A stretch of 63,682 nucleotides of DNA, filler included. It is 4 parts of 4 records of this genome, joined end to end, with 100 filler letters (N's around TTAATTAATTAA, not from the genome) between each part and the next. Parts side by side here need not be neighbours in the genome. Positions count along the whole stretch, not along the records: positions 56,995 to 63,682 come from SRR2962707_1742; 3 more parts are not named here. The stretch is one strand, 5' to 3'. This document shows, one piece after another, positions 58,937 to 63,682 of the stretch. The position numbers and the translations under genes are program-made. The notes below the pieces were generated by a model. That model saw only the letters and a list, made by a program, of their open reading frames with translations. It made no database searches and was not told the origin of the DNA. Every line of letters starts with the position of its first letter. Position 1 is the first letter of the stretch.

Positions 58937-60856
58937 ATGAACCCAACCCTAATCACTATTGATGGCAAGAATTATATAGCCTCAAATGAACTCGAAAAAC
59001 TAGGTTCTTCCTCTGAAGAAATTGAAAAAGGCATTCAGGATTACCTTAATGGAAACTCTGCCCAATGGAAATGCTTTTGGAAGAAGGACCAAAATGAGAC
59101 ATTCGTTGATTTGGTCTCGCTTCCTGATAGAATTAGAAAAAAACTGAAGTGCGATCTATCTGTAGATTTTAATGCAATTCAACCACTAAGTCCATTGAAT
59201 GGGATGCAGACCATTGATCTTCTAATCGCTTTGAAAGAAGGGTATAAGGATTTCCTTGTTCACTATAAAAATTTCAAAAAGGATAAGTGTGAGAAATACG
59301 CTAAGAAGCATTCAATCCTTCATAAATGCTGTGAGATGTATATATCAAACAAGGGGAAAAGAGGGACAATGCTTTGGTTATATAAGGCTCTAAGGAGCCT
59401 AAATGTTGAATATTATGAAGACCTTGATTCCTTTAGACGAAAGCTGCGCCAGATACTAAATTCTCGAAAGAGGTTCCCAGAATTGATCATTCACGGGTCC
59501 GAGGGAACTTCAAACTTATCAGTTAGAAAAGTAAATAAATGGCACAAGTTAAAGGCAATGGATCTTTTGTCACAAGGCTATTTGAAAAAGGAAATTCTAA
59601 CCATAATGAACAAGTCCTGTAATCCAGAGCAAAGAATTTCATATTCAAGTTTACTAAGATTGATTACCAAAAAAATGCAGAATCTAACGGCCGAGGATAG
59701 GTATGGATATAAGTTCTATAAGGAAAACCTTGAGCCGTACATTAGAAGACAAAAACCAAAATACAAGTTCCAGGTAGTTGAAGCTGATGGTACCAGATTT
59801 CAAATACCGTATTACGAAGAGGGAGCGGAATATCCCAAGTTTCTGATACTTTATGTCATTATTGATGTGTTTTCGTCAATGATCCTTGGATACAGCATTG
59901 GTATAAAAGAAAAAACCCAGCTCGTTCTTGATGCATTCCACATGATGCTTAAGGTCCATGGCTATATGCCAGCTTGCGTGATTGTAGATAAATCTTCTTC
60001 TCACCAATCGGATGAGTTTCAAGATTTTCGGGATTTAAGCAACCAGTATTTTGGGACCTTGTGGAGAGAACATTTACCTGACTATCCAAACGCAAAAGGA
60101 ACTGTCGAAAACTTCCACTTTAATCTAAATGTGCAAATTGTTCGAAATCATCCCGATTACCTTGGCCTAAGTGTGCAAGCAAAATCAAAAGATCATATTT
60201 TAAGAAGAGACAAGTATCAAGTTGTCACTAAAAATAAGAAAAAACTTCAATCTCAAGAACACCTGAAACATCTCATTTCATCTGTAATCAATAAGTGGAA
60301 TTGTACCATCACTAATGAGAAGTCTCCTGAACAAAAACACAATCAAGGTGAAATATCTGACGCAAAAGCAGTCAACGAAGAATTGATTGCGAGATTATGT
60401 TGGAACAAGAAAGATAAGAAAGTAAGGCGATCACGAATTACTCTTAACAATAGAGAATACGCAATTGAGAAAAATCTCAACCGTGCAAAATGGAATGGAT
60501 CCATTGTCGAGGTGTATTATCATTCAAATCATCCTGAACATGTGTTCTTATTTGATGGTGATGAGTTCATTGAAAAATGTTTATTGAAACGTCATTATTC
60601 AGAAAATGACCCTTCTAGGTTCAATCAAATAAAGAAAAACAAAGATTTTAGAAAGTATTGTAGAGATGCTGTCAAAGAGAATCAACAAGAACTCAATTCT
60701 ATTGAATCTTCCAATTCAATATTCCCTGCTATTGCATCTTCCAAAGAAGAAGCTAATGAAGCTTATGAAAGATTCTTATATGAGGAATTAGATCATCATG
60801 ATTCAAATTCTAGTGAGATATCCGAAGTAAACACCTTACCAACCCCTAAACTCTAA
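58937..60856 (+). CDS. TnsB/MuA-like DDE transposase
   Basis: EADGT (D), IIDVFS.MILG, IVDKS (D), AKGTVE (E); Mu-type C-terminal VEVYY...VFLF. Confidence 0.87.
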   Translation: MNPTLITIDGKNYIASNELEKLGSSSEEIEKGIQDYLNGNSAQWKCFWKKDQNETFVDLVSLPDRIRKKLKCDLSVDFNAIQPLSPLNGMQTIDLLIALKEGYKDFLVHYKNFKKDKCEKYAKKHSILHKCCEMYISNKGKRGTMLWLYKALRSLNVEYYEDLDSFRRKLRQILNSRKRFPELIIHGSEGTSNLSVRKVNKWHKLKAMDLLSQGYLKKEILTIMNKSCNPEQRISYSSLLRLITKKMQNLTAEDRYGYKFYKENLEPYIRRQKPKYKFQVVEADGTRFQIPYYEEGAEYPKFLILYVIIDVFSSMILGYSIGIKEKTQLVLDAFHMMLKVHGYMPACVIVDKSSSHQSDEFQDFRDLSNQYFGTLWREHLPDYPNAKGTVENFHFNLNVQIVRNHPDYLGLSVQAKSKDHILRRDKYQVVTKNKKKLQSQEHLKHLISSVINKWNCTITNEKSPEQKHNQGEISDAKAVNEELIARLCWNKKDKKVRRSRITLNNREYAIEKNLNRAKWNGSIVEVYYHSNHPEHVFLFDGDEFIEKCLLKRHYSENDPSRFNQIKKNKDFRKYCRDAVKENQQELNSIESSNSIFPAIASSKEEANEAYERFLYEELDHHDSNSSEISEVNTLPTPKL

Positions 60857-60861
60857 CTGCC

Positions 60862-61566
60862 ATGTTACCTCCTGACCTGAAACTCGATTATGAAGTTCTT
60901 CCTACCTCGAACTATCTATTAGTTGAAAAATGGATAAACTATACAATAAAGAAAAGATGTCTAAGTCTAATTACTGGACAAAATGGCTATGGTAAGTCAT
61001 CTGCAACTAGGGATATCACTATCAAAAATTCGGAAATAAAATATTTTCAGGTTGATGTTGGTGAACCACCAAAGATATTTTATGCAAAATTCCTTCATGA
61101 GCTTGCTGAAAATGAAAGACTTGACATCAACAAGTTGAAAACAAAATATATCCACTACTTAATTGAAAGAGCATCATATATAATCAATGATCGTATCGAT
61201 ATTAATCTAATTGTTATTGATGAGTTTGGGAATTTCAATCGCAAATACATCCCTTTTCTAAGACAAATTTGGGACAATATTCATTCTACTGCAGGGGTTG
61301 TTCTTGTGGGTCCACCGTCAATTGAGTTAGACTTAAATAGATGGCAAAATGAAAAGGTTTCTGGAATAAATGAGCTACTATCAAGGGTTGGAACCAATAG
61401 AATTCGCTTGGGAGAAACAACACATCGTGATGTGAAAATGATATGCAACAACAAAGGTATTTATGACTCCCCATTTATCTCCAATCTCTTTAGGACCACA
61501 AAAGATTTACGAATCACTAACGACATCCTCGGAAAGAAATTGGAAGGTATTGAATTGGTGGAATGA
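60862..61566 (+). CDS. TnsC/MuB-like AAA ATPase
   Basis: Walker A GQNGYGKS, Walker B IVIDE, VVLVG, LLSR; 5 nt after the transposase. Confidence 0.87.
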   Translation: MLPPDLKLDYEVLPTSNYLLVEKWINYTIKKRCLSLITGQNGYGKSSATRDITIKNSEIKYFQVDVGEPPKIFYAKFLHELAENERLDINKLKTKYIHYLIERASYIINDRIDINLIVIDEFGNFNRKYIPFLRQIWDNIHSTAGVVLVGPPSIELDLNRWQNEKVSGINELLSRVGTNRIRLGETTHRDVKMICNNKGIYDSPFISNLFRTTKDLRITNDILGKKLEGIELVE

Positions 61567-62450
61567 AGGAGATTTATTTAATCATCTGTCCAATTACCAA
61601 TTTGCCAATAGCACTTAGTAAATCTGAGTTTGGAGAATTCCCTTATAAAGTAATCAAGAATCCTAAATATCATAGGTGGAGGAAAGAGATCCGCTCACTA
61701 AATCTCAGGCCTCAATTCAAATTGATAGACCTTGTTGATGAGTCGGATCTTGATCTCTTCTATGAAATGTATCTCAATCTTTTCAATGGATGGAATATTG
61801 CATTATTAAACTTCTACAATGGCCCTAAATACAGGATTCCGAAAGTCATAGAAAATTCCAGTATTCAAGGTCTTCAAACCAAGAAGTTTTTATTCATGGA
61901 TCTACCAAGTATACCTTCAATTCTAGGGTCGATATCCTATCACTTTGTAAATAAAAAAATGTCACCCAAGGATAGAATTATTATGTATGAACTGGTACTT
62001 GCTTGCGCATTGAATTCATGCACCTCGGAAACCTGGTCTAAGATTCACAAAATATCCTTAGAACATGCCAAAGATTTAATTAATAAGATTATAAGCTCTG
62101 AGAAATCTGATTGTTCATATTTAATTCAAATCATTGAACATCTTGAAAGTTCAGTCTTTAGAAAAGAGCATCAAACCAAGCTATTTATAAGAATAAGTAA
62201 GATGTCACTTCCCCGCATTTTAAGCATGACAAATTATATCCTCGCCTACTTTCAACACCAAGTTATTTTTAACCAAAAAGTCTGGTCTAATGCATTTGAA
62301 CTAAGGATGTACCTTCTAAACAAAGCTGAATACAATCGAAAATATGAAGTGGTTGAATTATATCGAGAGTTAATGAAAAACAGATCCATTCAAATGAGCC
62401 CAAAAGAGTTCAATCAAATGACTTCTGAAATTCAAGAGGCTACCTCCTAA
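61563..62450 (+). CDS. Hypothetical protein, N-terminus resembling a degenerate GIY-YIG domain
   Basis: ATGA-coupled to the ATPase; IYLIICP.T...K..W...I..LNLRP...ID...E..Y...LLN. Confidence 0.65.
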   Translation: MKEIYLIICPITNLPIALSKSEFGEFPYKVIKNPKYHRWRKEIRSLNLRPQFKLIDLVDESDLDLFYEMYLNLFNGWNIALLNFYNGPKYRIPKVIENSSIQGLQTKKFLFMDLPSIPSILGSISYHFVNKKMSPKDRIIMYELVLACALNSCTSETWSKIHKISLEHAKDLINKIISSEKSDCSYLIQIIEHLESSVFRKEHQTKLFIRISKMSLPRILSMTNYILAYFQHQVIFNQKVWSNAFELRMYLLNKAEYNRKYEVVELYRELMKNRSIQMSPKEFNQMTSEIQEATS

Positions 62451-62469
62451 TCCATTTTATTGCAGAACA

Positions 62470-62564
62470 ATAGGTGACAATTCATTCGGATATCAAACTA
62501 AGATACAAGGCAAATCAATTGTTTTAAAAGCCCTTATAGGTGACAAATTAATTGGTGTTATACA
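62470..62564 (-). mobile_element. Putative transposon end (5'-TGT on minus strand) with two transposase-binding-like repeats
   Basis: ATAGGTGACAA at 62470-62480 and 62536-62546; terminus ...ggtgttatACA at 62564. Confidence 0.62.
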
Positions 62565-62592
62565 GGTGTTAGGGTGTTAGGGTGTTAGGGTG
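62565..62592. repeat. Tandem 8-mer repeat (GGGTGTTA), about 3.5 copies
   Basis: ggtgtta gggtgtta gggtgtta gggtg. Confidence 0.9.
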
Positions 62593-62595
62593 AGA

Positions 62596-62952
62596 TTAGT
62601 ATATATGAATTGCGATCGCGTCCATCGGGAGAGGTTTATATATCATTGAAAAAAATGGAAGGTTGATTGACTTGACTTGAAGTGAATCAACTTCCTTGAA
62701 TTCAATTTCGTATTCACCTGTCTCAAGGATGTCAATCGTGAATGCTCGCTTGGATCTTCTTCCATCTTTATATGATTGAATCGGCCAGAAAGATCGCTTC
62801 GCCTCCACTCTTGTACCAGTAGTTACATTTAAAAAGGAAATTGAAAACTGATTTATTTTCAAACCCCATCCTCCCACAATATCAATTTTATAATAGTTCT
62901 TTTTTAAGGTGAGCTTGTGCTCCTTTTCGTCAATATTGATGGCACTATTCAT
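62596..62952 (-). CDS. Hypothetical protein
   Basis: 118-aa ORF in AT-rich DNA, co-oriented with the SMI1/KNR4 gene. Confidence 0.65.
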   Translation of the reverse strand: MNSAINIDEKEHKLTLKKNYYKIDIVGGWGLKINQFSISFLNVTTGTRVEAKRSFWPIQSYKDGRRSKRAFTIDILETGEYEIEFKEVDSLQVKSINLPFFSMIYKPLPMDAIAIHIY

Positions 62953-62968
62953 TTCAATTTATGAAACG

Positions 62969-63598
62969 CTAATTAAAACTAAGTCTGTTTTTAATTAGAT
63001 CTAAGAAGCTATCTGCGAATTCTTCGTACTCTAACGAATCCTCGAAAACAAGTTCATGGTCAATCATGACCACTGGATAGTCTCTATTTGCACTATTTCT
63101 ATTTGAATCAAAACAGATTATTCCCCAATCTTGATGATCTGCAAAAGGAATAAAACCTTTCTCTATTAAACTTTCTTTGACCCAATCATAAGAATAGTAG
63201 GTCAAATAACTTTCTTTCCAATTATAAATGGGGTGTTGGAAAAATATCACTTCTTGGGGTTGTGGAGAATCAAGTTCATAAAAATGCTTGTACTTTAAAA
63301 AGCTTTTGAAACTGTCAGGAAATGGGATATTAGTTACCATTTCAATTTCACCTATCTCTTTATCCGTCACAGTACTAGGTATGGGTTTCCATGGTTTCCA
63401 GTCGTTAACTTGTTCAACTGTTGTATCAAGCATCTCCTGAGGCATATTGCTGACAGGTAATTTCATCATATCCAACTCCCTTAAAGATTTGAGGGCATCA
63501 TCAACAAATTGATAAATCAGCTCTTTATTCTCCATTCTATGGCCTATTTCGGTTTCATTACCAACTAACAGATAATCTAAGATAACGGATAATTCCAC
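62969..63598 (-). CDS. SMI1/KNR4 (SUKH) family immunity-type protein
   Basis: EIGEIE...FPDSFKSFL, FIPFA, ICFD, PVVMIDHE, ADSF.DLI; real start may be ATG 63535. Confidence 0.85.
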   Translation of the reverse strand: MELSVILDYLLVGNETEIGHRMENKELIYQFVDDALKSLRELDMMKLPVSNMPQEMLDTTVEQVNDWKPWKPIPSTVTDKEIGEIEMVTNIPFPDSFKSFLKYKHFYELDSPQPQEVIFFQHPIYNWKESYLTYYSYDWVKESLIEKGFIPFADHQDWGIICFDSNRNSANRDYPVVMIDHELVFEDSLEYEEFADSFLDLIKNRLSFN

Positions 63599-63682
63599 AT
63601 CTCTTCTCCAGTCAGCTGAGTCGATTTTTTGGGAGTCTTTTGTGGCTGCTGTTGCAGGTCTGTTGGTGGAAACACGCGACTG

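Noticed and set aside
58937-62450. CRISPR-associated transposon or Mu prophage
   Set aside because: No cas genes, array, recognisable tniQ or virion genes on the contig
62565-62592. Eukaryotic telomere (TTAGGG) or telomeric transposon
   Set aside because: Unit is 8 bp, internal, followed by genes; no protelomerase or terminal protein gene seen

Overview
The window is not one locus. It is four contigs joined by 100-nt N spacers carrying an artificial TTAATTAATTAA linker. (1) 1-7041, GC-rich, alphaproteobacterial-looking: family III CoA-transferase, an AcdA-type (3-sulfinopropionyl-CoA desulfinase-like) acyl-CoA dehydrogenase, a ThDP enzyme, msrB, GST, SDR and a partial ABC binding protein. 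(2) 7142-28892, gammaproteobacterial-looking: transport and regulatory genes, then a homoprotocatechuate (hpa) meta-cleavage cluster without hpaBC/hpaX on this contig. In their place are a MobA/phenol-hydroxylase-type flavin monooxygenase, a TRAP transporter sharing a palindromic operator with hpaG, and an exported metallo-beta-lactamase-fold hydrolase. (3) 28993-56894: a genomic island broken at both ends inside serine recombinase genes. It carries conflict/defence-like cargo: an S8+trypsin double protease next to a TPR-sensor+trypsin protease, an operon of WG-repeat, TIR-STAND-TM-beta-propeller and MORN proteins, a Memo-CapA fusion, a RecD-like helicase-nuclease, several decayed TIR/helicase/nuclease genes, and an IS110 whose bridge-RNA guides can be read against its own ends and target. 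(4) 56995-63682, AT-rich, Bacteroidota-like: a TnsB/MuA plus TnsC/MuB-like transposon with a third gene of degenerate GIY-YIG appearance, a TGT end beside a (GGGTGTTA)n repeat, and an SMI1/KNR4 gene. The best candidates for undescribed systems are the protease pair, the receptor-like TIR-STAND operon, and the TnsBC+X element. All family and taxon assignments come from motif recognition by eye; no database searches were run.
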